A DNA stretch of 64,000 nt. It comes from Cenococcum geophilum. Its lineage: Eukaryota. Shown here in pieces: positions 13,382 through 25,599 of this stretch. The notes below the pieces were generated by a model. That model ran no database searches, was not told where the DNA came from, and saw only the letters and a list, made by a program, of their open reading frames with translations. Where the stretch lies: contig CP158635.1 in assembly GCA_050273025.1 (NCBI GenBank), forward strand, positions 2,170,001 to 2,234,000. The letters are read 5' to 3'. Both the position numbers and the translations under genes were made by a program. The stretch's first letter is position 1, and the number at the start of each line of letters is the position of its first letter.

Positions 13382-14289
13382 TAAGCACGCACAGATTAGT
13401 AATTACTTAACACCTCCCACCGAGAGATACACGACAGCGACCACCCGTTTAGACTCCTAGTACAACCTGCTAGAAGGTCGGAAGTCGGGGATTACGGACC
13501 TATTACTAACTCTGTATACTTATTTAAGTCTTAATACGGTTTATTAGAAGTATAATAGACGCGAATATAGACCTGTATAGAAACCCCTTACCCTTTTACA
13601 AACCGTTATAGACCCGTTAATTACTTTTACAGACCGTTATGGAGACCCCTTACCCCTTTGCGAACCACTATAGACCTATTAAGACCCCTTATGGAGACCT
13701 CTTACCCTCCTACGAACCCTTTACGGACCCATCAACCGATTTTACGGACCCTTACAAGACCTCTTCCGCCCGCTACGCACCACACTATACAGTATAGTAG
13801 ACATTAGCAAGTAAGTTGATGAAGGTTAAGAAAAGTGGAGGCAGGGAGTCGACCTTATGTCCATAGCTGATGTTAACAACTACATCAAATTCAAAACCCT
13901 TAAGTACGGATACTTTAAGCTCATAAACGTCGACCTATGGGAGCAATACTAGGAAGACTTTGTGGACTTTACGGAAGCTATCTTTAAGGCATACAACCCT
14001 ACTACCATCCGTAATTTACGGACCCTCTTACGTAACTAAGGTGTATAGGTTAAAAGGAATAAATAAGTCACTGTTATATAGTCCTTATATAATATAATAT
14101 ACGAGAAGGACCAAACAGAATAGACTAAAGAGGAAATCCTAGACTAGTTCCAAGAAACTAAGGAGCTCTTTACTTCTTCTAAACTTAATATAATCGCTAA
14201 CCTTATACCTAACCCTCTTAACTAAATTCGTCCTATAAACCTAAGCAGTTTTGGAATTAATTTTACTGGCTAAAGCATACCTAGTACTT

Positions 14290-14460
14290 AAGCTACGGAC
14301 TGTAATACCCCTGTAACCCAAAATACGGACTGTAATACCCTTGCAAACCAAAATACGGACCAAGTTACCCCTGTTATTTAAGTTACAGATCTGCAAGCTA
14401 TATATCCACAAGCTATATATCCGCAAGCTATATATCCGCAAGTTATAGATCCGTAACCTA
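14290..14460 (+). repeat. Coding minisatellites in Copia C gag (30-bp x3, 15-bp x4)
   Basis: TACGGACTGTAATACCC.. units; GCAAGCTATATATCC units. Confidence 0.8.
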
Positions 14461-17024
14461 CCCAACTAAAGACCTATGGCAAGGAGCTAGCTAACCTAGC
14501 TAAGCTCTATACCGACGAATCTAAATACAGCGATAAAAACGATAACTTTGACTTTAAACTAACTATCTTTACAGACCTCTGTCAGAAGGCTGATATTTCT
14601 AAATAGGAGTTTAGCCAAGCCTACTCTACTATACTGCGCGGCCTAGTACTTGACCACTACTACACCAACCTTAAGAGTAACCCCCTTAGTGTTCCCTTTA
14701 ATAAGCTATATAAAGCTACCCGCAACTACTTTAAAGGACCGGAATATAAGCGTAATATCCTTACCTAATAGAATGCAACTAAGCTACGGACCGTAATAGA
14801 CAAGAACACTAAAAAATCGACTATAGAGTGCCTGAAAATCCTTATTAAAGACCTCCGCCACCTATAGCACGGTTTTAATATTAAGCTTTAAACGGACGAC
14901 TTCCTATATAATAAACTTATTACGGCCTACTAGGAAGTAGAGCCCTATAAGTACGCCTACTACAAGCCTATAGATACCTTAGCTAGCCTCATTAATAATC
15001 TACGCTCCTCTATTATAATGTATAAAGTCTTAAACCTACTTGGTAGTACTTAAGCCTTTATTACGGATATTTAATATCCGTAAACAGACTTAGACGTCTA
15101 CTTTACAGACCACTGCTACTACTAGCAGCACCCGTACCGACTAAGTCCTACCTATAACCCCCGTAGCAACCCCCGTATAAAAATATACCCCCACAGACAA
15201 ACCAGCTAGAAGTGCTTCATGTGCGGTAAGGAAGGATATTAGTCTATAAGGCATACCCAGGAAGAACGTAACAAGTCCAAAAAGAGACTTAATAGCCGTA
15301 TTAACTAGTTCATTTTGGAATATAAAGGAGAGGAAGTAGAAAAGCCCCCTGATGAGTTAATAGAAGCCCTTATAATTGACTTTAACTCAGACGCTTAGGA
15401 ATAAGAGACCTCAGAGATATTCCTAACTACTTTTGGACCTTTTACGGACAGCTAAGCCTTTAATATTACGACCGTATTAGCCGACCGTTCCTTTATACAC
15501 TTAGTTGCGCCTAAAAACTATTCCGTAAGCACCCCTATTACGGACGTTATAGATTACAAGTAGGACCTATTTGTATATATCACTACGGAACGCTATACCC
15601 CTAAAGAATTCTACGGCGTTATAATTAATATAGGTACCTCTAAAAAGTCTACTGTAGGTTACGGACAATACCTTATATATAAGACCACCACAAATAACAA
15701 CACGGATATTAATACTATGCAAACTGGGGCCGTAAACGTCCAATTCGGCATTAGCTTAACCGCATTAATTAAATTAGTTAAAGTTAAGACCCTAATTGGC
15801 CTAGTTAACTTCCACATAGTAAAAGCGGATACCCCTTTCCTACTCTGCCTTACGGACATAGACAAGTTATAAATCTACTATAACAACGTTACGGACACCT
15901 TAATTGGCCCCGCAACTGCCCTAGGAAGCAAGTATATTACCCTACCAATTATACAACAATTTGGACACCCGTTCCTTATATAGGGAGAGACCCTACGGAC
16001 TTACATTTAGGAATCTTTTAACTATAACCCGTGCTACTTTACTAGTACTAAGATCTACCGCCTATACCACTATTTCGGCTACCCGTTAGCCGAAAAGCTA
16101 TATAGGGTCCTTAAACGCTCTAGATATAACGACGTTAATAGAAAGGCAATTAACCACTTGACTAAATACTGCTCCTACTGCCAGAAATACAGACGTTCCC
16201 TAGGCCGATTTAAGTTCACCCTTTATAAGGACCTTAACTTCAACTACTTAGTATACGTAGACATTATATATATTAACGGCAGCCTAGTATTATATATAAT
16301 TGACGAGGCAACCCGCTATTAAGCCGCCCGTTAGTTGCAAAATATATTTATAAAATACACTTAGGATATTTTACGGACCTGCTAGATTGATATATATGTT
16401 AGACCCCCTAAGTATATTACCCACAACGCCGATAGGAACTTTATTAGTAAAGAATTCTAATAGTACGCTACGGCCATGGCTATTTTAATAAAAGCTGTTC
16501 TAGTTAAGGCGCACTAGTCTGTTAGGCTTATTAAGCGAGCTTACCTAGCTCTATAGAGAGCTTATTAAATTATTATAGACGACTGTAAGAATATCTAAAA
16601 GAAACTAGCTTTACAGATGGCCGTAAAAGCCGTTAATAACACCGCTGGCCCTAATAGATTAGTACCCACCCTCTTAGTTTACGGAGCCTACCCAAGAATA
16701 AGCAACCTAGGCCCTCCTGCCCCGTCTATTACGGAACGAGCAGCTGCAATACGGAAGGTAATGGCCGAAATAGTTAAATTACGGGCTAAACAAACTGTTA
16801 ATAACGCCCTACACTACTGCAACGGACCTAATACAACCTTAATATATAACCTCCCGCTTAATTCTAAAGTCCTTATGTGGCGTAAAAGCGGTAATTAGAC
16901 TGGACCTTACCGTCTACTAGCCGTAGAAGATGAGACCTGCTATATACAGCTCCCTAGCGGACCGACAAGCTTTAGAAGCACGTCTATAAAACCCTATTTT
17001 CGGTTTAAGAATACCTATAACGTC

Positions 17025-17128
17025 GAGCTAGACAAACTAGAAGTACCCACTAAGCTAGATAAACCAGAAGCACCCACCGAATTAGGTAAACTAGAAACAC
17101 CTACCGAATTAAATAAACTAGAAGCACC
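17025..17128 (+). repeat. 27-bp x4 coding tandem repeat in the Copia C IN-RT linker (ELDxLEAPT-like)
   Basis: GAGCTAGACAAACTAGAAGTACCCACT-like units. Confidence 0.8.
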
Positions 17129-17157
17129 TTTACCTACCCTAAAGGTTCCATAGAAAC

Positions 17158-17341
17158 TGTCACAGCGACTCAGTTAATCGAGGCACGAGCGCCGTTTAGA
17201 ACGTATGCAAGCCTGTACAATTGAAATGTCTATGGACCCGGATATCAAGATGAGGAGCAGAAGGTGGAAAAGGACACGTCTATATACATATGCCAAGGCT
17301 CAAGCGAGCCCCCTGACTAGATCCGTTACGGTGCCGTAACA
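17158..17341. mobile_element. Solo LTR, family D copy 1 (184 bp), inserted in Copia C
   Basis: TGTCAC...GTAACA ends; TSD GAAAC (17153-17157, 17342-17346); second copy at 39852. Confidence 0.92.
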
Positions 17342-19084
17342 GAAACCCACTAAACCTACTAAACCTACCGTAAAGCGTGGCCGAGGACGCCCCCGTAAGA
17401 ACCCTATAACGGAGAATTACCTAACCTCTACAGGCATATCTGTAAGGCAATCTCCGCCTATAGATATATTAGTTCTAGTATAGGAAACCCCTTTTACGGA
17501 CTTACGACGTAAAGAGATCAACGGACTACTTAAAAAGGGCGTCTTTACGGTTATAATGGAAAGAGACGTTCCGCAAGGCGTCCGTATATTTAACTCGCGC
17601 TTTATTAACAAAATTAAGCACCCTAGTACTAATAAAGCCTTTAAGAAATTAAGGCTTGTTATATAAGCTTATAACGACTAGGGAAAGGGCCTAGTTCTTA
17701 CGCAATTACCTACAATTTAACGAGTCAGTTAACGGATTATACTTGTACTTACGCCTAGACTATAGTAAACTAAACCCGTAGCCCTCTACTTACGGGATAT
17801 CTCGCAAGCCTATGTGCAGTCTAATACCTACCTAAGTAGGGACATCTTTATACGGCTACCCCGCGAGCTTAACCTATAACTAGGAATAATTTTATAGGTT
17901 ATAAAACCTCTTTACGGAGTACCAGAAGCTAGAAACTATTGGTTTAAGACATACCACTAATACTACGTTAGTAAACTTAAAATGGAATAGTTGACCTATA
18001 ACCCCTGCCTCCTATATAGCCTATTAAACGGCCTTAGTATTATTAGACTCTAAACAGACGATACCCTCTTCCTAGCAGATTAGACCTTTACGGATACTAA
18101 AGAAACTAAACTATAAAAGGCAAAGTTCTTAACAAAGCCGCAAGAGTAGTTAATTAAGTAGAATCTAATTAAGTTTAATAGAGGCCTAATTATACAAAAG
18201 AGTAACCTAATTAAGCTAACTTAGGAACGCTAGGCTTAAAACCTAAAGCCCGTTATAGTAAAGCCTATAGACCTTACTAGCTCCCGCGAAAAAACCCGTA
18301 AAACCGTAAATATAAAGGACTAATACGTTGCATAGCGTGCAAGAGGCGCCTATATTGCCATAGTCTGCTAACCTAAATCTGCCTATAATTTATCCTTTAC
18401 GGCCCAGGCAGTAGATCCGCAAGAAGAAAATATTAAGCAGCTTAATAAGCGCATTTAGTGGCAAATTAATAATGCAGCAAGGGGACTTACTTTTATACCA
18501 CTAGACTTAAGTTCCCTTAGCTTACTAGTATTTACGGACGCCTCCTTTACTAATAATAAAGACCTATTATCACAGATTGGCTTTATAATTGTACTTATAG
18601 ACTATAATTATAACGCAAATACACTATACTAGTCTTTAATTAAGTGCAAATAAGTAACCCGCAGTGTACTAGCTTCTAAACTATATGTATTAGCTTATAG
18701 CTTTAATATAGCAGCCGTAATTAAATTAACGGTCTAGAAGATTCTATAACTGGAGCAGTTACCCCTGGCTTTATACACCAATTTAAAGTCTCTCTACGAC
18801 TGCCTAGTTAAACTAGGTACGACACAAGAAAAGAGGCTTATGGTCGACCTAATGTGCTTATATTAGGCCTATAAACGATGTGAAATTGTAGAGGTTAAAT
18901 GGATTAGCGGCGGAAACAACCTAGTAGACGCTATAACTAAGGCAAAGCTATATTAAGCCCTTAAAACCCTAATTAACACAAATAGGCTTAACCTAGAAGT
19001 TATGGAATAGGTAGAACGAGACTAACGGAGCATCTATGGTACGTCTACGGCCCGTTAGAAGGCCGTACGGCTTATATAGCCTAT

Positions 19085-19182
19085 TATTCTGCCACGGTGG
19101 TTAAATTAACCAATTACGATTTTCCATCCCTAGGATGGAAAATCGCCATTAGCTCGCTTAGCACTAGCGCCTTGGCGGCCCT
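19085..19182 (+). other. Shared hairpin/CCAAT-like cassette, copy in the Copia C 3' UTR
   Basis: AACCAAT + perfect 13-bp stem CGATTTTCCATCC-CTA-GGATGGAAAATCG (19117-19145) + CCATTAGC; homologues in B, E and next to F. Confidence 0.85.
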
Positions 19183-19404
19183 TAAGATCTAACTTATAGC
19201 TCGTCTACGGCCCGTCGGAAGGATGTACGGTTTATTTTACGGACCGTAAGTAGGACTTACGGCTAGCTTGGAGTACCGTTTGGAAGGCAGACTAGACGGC
19301 ACCTCGGGGAGGATTTCCTATATATTTTCTTACGTCTTTTATAGTTCTGTTAAGGCAATTACGGAGGCTATACGCAAGTGGTTCCATTTTCCAAGTACCG
19401 CTAG

Positions 19405-19723
19405 TGTATAATTACAGCACCTGTTATACCAACCGCGTGCTTACGCGCTCGATACACCAAGTACGCGTTTACACGTTTGGTGTACCTACTCGCTTACGCG
19501 TTTGGTGTACCTACTCGCTTACACGTTTGGTGTACCTACTCGCTTACGCGTTTAGTGCACTCCTAAAACACTAGCTAGTTAGGGGGGAGGTGCGTTAGTA
19601 TATAGACCACGTAGCCCACCTTAATAGAATTGACAGTTACTATTATCTAAAAGAGCATACGATATTATACGTATTTCGTGCCCCTGGATCTAACTCACTT
19701 GTGCTATTAAATTGGTACGAATA
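19405..19723 (+). repeat. Copia C 3' LTR (319 bp, two extra 25-bp tandem units)
   Basis: TGTATAATT...GGTACGAATA, then TSD GATAC. Confidence 0.93.
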
Positions 19724-21156
19724 GATACCCTATAATTATACTAGATTAATATCTACCTAGGACCCCCTAATTAAATCGTCTATAATATAGGAAAGAACTT
19801 CTTATTTATAGAGTTTTAATAACAGATAAAGGCAATAGTAATTAAGGTTAAGGAAGTCCCTATTAAGGCATATAATAGTATTAGAAAAGTAGAACAATAT
19901 TACACACTATTACGCCGCGTATATAAGATTATCTCTTTAGAACTAGAGGATGCTAGTAAAGAACTTACCTTATAAATAGCTGTTAAAGCTATTAACAATT
20001 CTGCTAGCCCGGATGGACTTATACCTATATTACTAGTCTTTAGCGCCTACCCTTAAATAACTAACAATTCTTTACTATCTCCCTTTATTATATAATAAGC
20101 TAAGGCTATTTATAACGCAATAAAGGAGGTATAACGTCTCTACGCTATACGCTAGGTTAACAACGTATTAGGAATAAGAAATGGCCTAAACACCTTAACT
20201 ACGCTTAATCTACTACTCTAGTCTAAGGTACGCGTATAGCGTAAAAAGGGAGGGTGGTTAGGCCTATATTAACTTATTATAATTAATAGTTAAACTTATA
20301 CTATTTAAATGCCTTATAGACCTACTTAATTCTATTTAACTATTATTAAGCCTTATTATAAAGATAATAGTTCTAAGCCTTTATAGGATACTATAAAAAA
20401 TACCCTAGAGGAGAACTATAATTAATATGCTCTAGAAGGCAACTATAATCCTAATATAATTATAGTAGATATGCCGCAACTATAATACGGTAGAGGTCGC
20501 CTAAAGGGATTATAAAATTATTAATATCTTATTAATTTTAAAGAGCAATTTGTTGCCGCTATTAAGAATAAAGTTAAGCTATTAATAGCCTTTATAATAG
20601 CTAAGGAGAAGGCTAACTTTAAACTGTAACGGAATCTTATAACAGGAACTATAATAGGCTTATTAATAGGCTGGGTATATAGGTAATGCAAATTAAAGTT
20701 AACAACGTAATAATAACTGGTAGGGTGGTTGCCTAATAGATTAACTCTAATTATATTCTAAGAATTACTATAAGGAAGGAACTATCTAGGTAGGAACTAA
20801 GGGTCCTTAAATACACAACCGTACTCTTATAAAATCCTTCTTATATATAATATATATACGCTCTATCTACTCTATTACGGATTATATAGATCCTATAGAT
20901 TATATAAATTATATTATATAACCTTAGTTACTATTCTTTATTATATAGCTCTATCGGCTCTATCTTAAACCGTACTTATATTAACTAACTAGCTTCTTTT
21001 AACTCTTCTCTAAGTAGTTATAATATTATACTTAAAGCGTCCGTAACACTATCTCCCTTCTCTTTATCTTTGTTTTTAAAGATTCTAAATATCTCTAAGT
21101 TATTTACTAGAGGTATAATATCCGTCTAATTAATTTAGTTAATATTATTGCTTATT

Positions 21157-21860
21157 ATACCTAAAGCAATTTCTTCTTCCTTAACTGCTTATCGCACTCA
21201 CACTATCGCTATAATATTATCCCTTAGTGAGATTATACTATCTCTATATTCTTACTGTTTAAAAAAGGGGTTAGTTTATATTGCATTAGTAAACCTATCT
21301 TCGCAATAACCATTTTCTTACTTAAAGTACACTAAAGCAAATATTTATTCGTTTTATAACGTCCGCTCTATCTCTAATCCTAAATATACGCGACTTATTA
21401 CTCTTAATAGTTATTTAGTTCTCTAGTTAATTTATTTTAAAGTTTTATATTTAATTTATTACTACGCGGCTAGATAATAAACTGTCTATTACTTTAGCGG
21501 AACTATACTATTCTTATAATACTAAATAGAAGGCTGCTAATGCTTAGTAATAGGCCCTTAAGTCTTATCTTATAGCGTCCGCTCAGTTAATCCGTCTTAA
21601 AAAGGTACGTAAGAAGGTCTATTTTAAGGAGTAGAAACTTATAAAATAGGGTCTATAGGAACTTAGTAATAAAAAAACGGATTCTCTTTTAATAGAGAAG
21701 GAAATAGATCTAAGTAGTTTAGTAACTACTCTTTTTAGGTCCCCCTTAGGTAACTTATTCTTTAGTAATCCTTCTTTATTAATACTACCTAACCTAATCT
21801 CTTCTAATACTCTTATACCTTTTCTATAGCGTTTTTTTAAATTTTCTAGTAGCTCCTAGG
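21157..21860 (+). pseudogene. Antisense accessory gene of A3: Zn(II)2Cys6-like domain plus coiled coil; exon 1 21157-21385, putative intron 21386-21473; 3' end approximate
   Basis: De-RIPed consensus of three copies gives CX2CX6CX13CX2CX8C spacing; an 88-nt (G)TACGC...CTAG intron restores the frame. Confidence 0.7.
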
Positions 21861-24081
21861 TAGTCTTAGTATAGCCTATCTACTTAACCTCGTACTATAT
21901 TTTGTCGTTAATATCCTTATAGTTAATAATCTTTAAAACTTACTATTTATCCTCTTCTTGCCCTCTATATATGTCTACTTCGTAAATTAGTAACTTAATA
22001 TTTCTATATACTAGCTTTAGTATTACAATATACTATATAGGGTAGATCTTTATCTTAGCTAGTAGGTTTAACTTAAACGTAACTAGTGAAATCCTTTCTA
22101 TAATTTTAAAAGGTCCTAGTCTAACATAGTCTAACTTCTTACTTAGTTATTAACTCTTAAAATTTTTATATAGTAGCTATACTTTATCTCCCTCCTTAAG
22201 ATCTAGTCCCTTAGATCTCTTAGTATTATAGTACTTTTTTATTCTCTTTTATACTTTCTTTACTAATTCTATAAGGTTTATATAAAGATTTATTAACGTC
22301 TTTATCCTTTCTTTTACTATACTACTTATTTTCTTTACTTGCTATAGTAATAATAATATTCTTAGCTTATATCTATAATTCGCCTTAAATAGTAATATAC
22401 CTATTCCTTCTTAAGGTGTTATATTATATATAAATTATATAACTAGTAATAGCAATACCTAATTGTTCTATATATAATTAATATAGTGTTTTAGATACTG
22501 TTCTAGTATCTAATTTAATCTTTCTATTTAACTATCTGTCTGCGGATAATATATAGTAGAAGTTACTACTCTAACTCCTTATTCTACTAAGAATACCTTT
22601 TAAAATACTGCTATAAATCTTAGATCTCTATCTAATATAATCTTACTTAATGCTCCGTATCTTACAAATACTTCCTTAATATAAATTTTAGCGATATCTT
22701 CTACTAATATCTCTTCTATGCACACTATAAAGTATCCCTACTTTATAAGCTTATCTACTATTACTAAGATTATATTATAATCTTATCCGGTAATAGGATC
22801 TCTTAACTTTAATAATTTTATAATAAAGTCCTATAATATAACCTCCTATAGTCTCTCTAGTATTTTAATAGGTTATAGCCCTCTATATGGCCTATACCTT
22901 ATTAGCTTATTCCTCTAACAATCTAAATATTCCTTTATAACTTTTCGCGCTAAGCCCTAGATTTTATTAATAATATACTCCTCCTAGAGTCTTAATACTA
23001 AGCCCGTAGCTCTATTATATCCTTAAGTTATTCCCTTATAGAATTCCTCTATAAATTGCCCTACTATGCTTTTTAGGATATACTTAGCTTTCCGGTTTTT
23101 GTATATATCTATTTATAGATCTTTTAGTTATACTTTTAGAATTCTTTATACCTAAAAGCTTTTTAATAGCTTATAAACTCTTTTTAGTTCTTCCTAAGTT
23201 ACTATAATTTTTAGATAATTATACCTAATTAATCCGTCTATATCTTTTCGTAGTAAAGCCCCCAATAGCTTTTCTTCGTTTTATAGTTTAGCTTTATAGC
23301 TTAAAGCATTCGCCCGCGTATTATCTATACCCTTAGTATACTAAACCTTAAAATAGTATTCTATAAGCATCTTTACCTATCTAACCTATTTTTAGTTAAG
23401 TTCCTTTATTATTAGGAATCCTATTAGGTTTTTATAATCTATCTTAACTATAAATAGTTTCTTTATACCTTATAAAAATACTCTTTATTTCTTTAATGCT
23501 GTAACTATACCTAATAACTCCTTATTATAGATATTATAGTTTAACTCTAGTAGTATTATCTTTCGACTATAATATGCTATTAGGTGCCATCTATCTTAAT
23601 ATATCTATATAAAGTATACCTTTAGTATATAATCTAATATATCTATTTCTATAACCGTCTCTAGTCCTAGTTAATAAATTTTAAGAACTAGCTCTTAGGT
23701 AAATAACTCTTTAATTTTCTTAAAAAGTTTTTACTATTCCTTTCTCTATGCCTATAGTTCCTCTTTCTTTATTAATTACGTAAGTAGCTTAATATCCTTT
23801 AACTACTATATTATAAACCTTCTATAGTAATTATAAAACCCTAAAAATAATCTTAACTATATAACGTTCTCTAGTTCTTACTAATTTACTATAGCCTTAA
23901 TCTTCTTTAAATCTATACTAAGTTAGCCTAGTTTAATAATAAATTTAATAAAATCGGTCTTTCTAGTAAAGAACTTGTATTTCTTAATTGCTACTAGCAT
24001 CTATTCTTTTTATAGTCTTTTTAAACCCTATTTAACGTGTTCTCTATATTCTTCCTTAGTTATTAAGTAAATAATAATGTT

Positions 24082-24166
24082 GCCCGCGAAGCCCTACTGC
24101 ACACGTCTATGTCGCCGCGGGTGGAAACATCATCGGGAAATCATTCCTTATAATGGCTAAGTGCAG
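24082..24166 (+). ncRNA. HDV-like self-cleaving ribozyme at the LINE 5' end
   Basis: P1 GCCCGCG(24082-88)/CGCGGGT(24116-22) with G.U first pair; P2 CTGCAC(24097-102)/GTGCAG(24161-66); P3 ACG/CGC around a 7-nt L3; GG 24123-24 (P1.1); P4 24128-39/24144-55; J4/2 GCTAA with C24157. Confidence 0.82.
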
Positions 24167-24496
24167 AGGCGATAGAGGAGAGCCGTCGCAGCGCGCGCAG
24201 CGCGCTGGTGTTGCGACTCTGTAGTGTTAAGCCTACAACGCGTACATCGCCCTTAACAACACCAGGAGTCCTACTGCCCCCACTTAGGGCTCCTGCCATA
24301 CTATCTAGGGGGGCCATTAAGGGAAACTAGGATACAAAAACCGCCTAACGTATAACTACCTGGCTCGCAGCCAGGCCCGAAACTAGCCTTATTTAGCTAG
24401 TTAACATAAACACGCCCTAGGCGTATAATAGGACACCCTTAGGCTTACACTAGCTCTAAGACCAAGAGGATACAGCGAGGGTATAGGGAACCTCTT

Positions 24497-24995
24497 TTTA
24501 TAAGAACTTGTTAAGGTTAACGCGTCGCAGATACTTTATATAAAACTTATTAAGGCCCCAAGGCCACCATAAAGAACTTATTAAGGCCCTGCCTAGAGAA
24601 CTTGTTAAGGCCCCTCTATAAGGGCCTATTTGGTATCTAGTACACCCAGGTAACTTAGAAGAGGGTCTTAATAGGCGTAGTGCGCGCGACCTAAACGACG
24701 GCAACGCGCCAGTAATATAACGGTAACGCGATAGCGACCGGACGGCGACTAGACGGCTTAACGAGGTGGAAACACAGGTAAAGCTCTAGGCAGCGGAAAT
24801 ATAGGCTAGCTTTAACGGCCCCATGGCGTTCAACTTATAGTTAACTCATAGTTAACTTACGGTCGACTTATAGGCAACTTATAGGAGGGTCTTAATAGGC
24901 GTAGTACACGTAACCTAATGCGTATATACACAAGGCGACTCACAGGAGGGTCTTAATAGGCGTGGTATACGTAACCTAATGCATATATATAGGGG
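24497..24995 (+). repeat. Internal repeats in the LINE 5' UTR
   Basis: About four AAGAACTTGTTAAGG-like units at 24500-24610; GAGGGTCTTAATAGGCGTAGT.. at 24661, 24886 and 24946 (last two form a 60-bp tandem). Confidence 0.8.
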
Positions 24996-25599
24996 AGGCT
25001 GTAGGGGAAATATAGGCCAGTTAGACAAGGACTTAACAGTTAAAAACATAGGCTAGCTTATAAAAAGGGGAGACATAAGCTTAGTTAGTAGGAGGGGGAA
25101 GAGCAGGTTACCTAGTACGGGACCTAGTCTTTACAGCCCCCCTCCTATAAGACACGGTCGGCCTATTATAAAAAAACTCTTATAGGTAACGCGAAACGGG
25201 AACTAGTAGTATATAGGGTGTTACGCCCCTATATTACTACTAGCTTCCTATAGGGCGTAGTATATAGTAGCTACTGCTGGCTTTAAGGACCTTATCCCTT
25301 AACTGGGCTCTAACCTTTAGTGCACTTAGTAGGCAGGTAGGATTACACCCTAGCCAGAAAGATTACTACGTAGCTTAAGAGAACGGATACGCGTATTAGT
25401 ATATTAACAGACGGAACCATTTACCTCTAGGGCGGCTTGCCGGTAAGATATACTTAAGGAGTAAACAGGAGTTACTTAGGCGGGAAAGGCAGTAGCTCGG
25501 CCTCGTCCGTAGAAGGTATACCCAACTATATTACAGGATGCAGCTACGACGCCTTTATAGAATTATGTTAGTAGGCGCGAAGATAGGAGTTACAACCCC

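Larger units (their letters stand above)
13570..19026 (+). pseudogene. gag-pol: RIP-inactivated gag-pol of Copia C (start approximate)
   Basis: GKELANLAKLY ~14478; CFxCGKEGCWS ~15212; IDTG protease ~15622; KYCSYCQK/RFKFTL integrase ~16165-16225; ORF 16617-16898 is an in-frame integrase remnant; RT LQTDDTLF ~18048; RH VFTDASF ~18527. Confidence 0.88.
13105..19723 (+). mobile_element. Ty1/Copia LTR retrotransposon C (GalEa-like), full length, nested in the B integrase
   Basis: LTRs 13105-13373 and 19405-19723; TSD GATAC (13100-13104, 19724-19728). Confidence 0.94.

Noticed and set aside
19460..19560. 25-bp repeats as a CRISPR array
   Set aside because: Head-to-tail units without unique spacers, inside a eukaryotic LTR, with no cas genes.
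21157..21860. Family A extra ORF as a retroviral env gene
   Set aside because: It is antisense to pol, short, and lacks a clear signal peptide or transmembrane anchor after de-RIP; its Cys spacing fits a zinc cluster.
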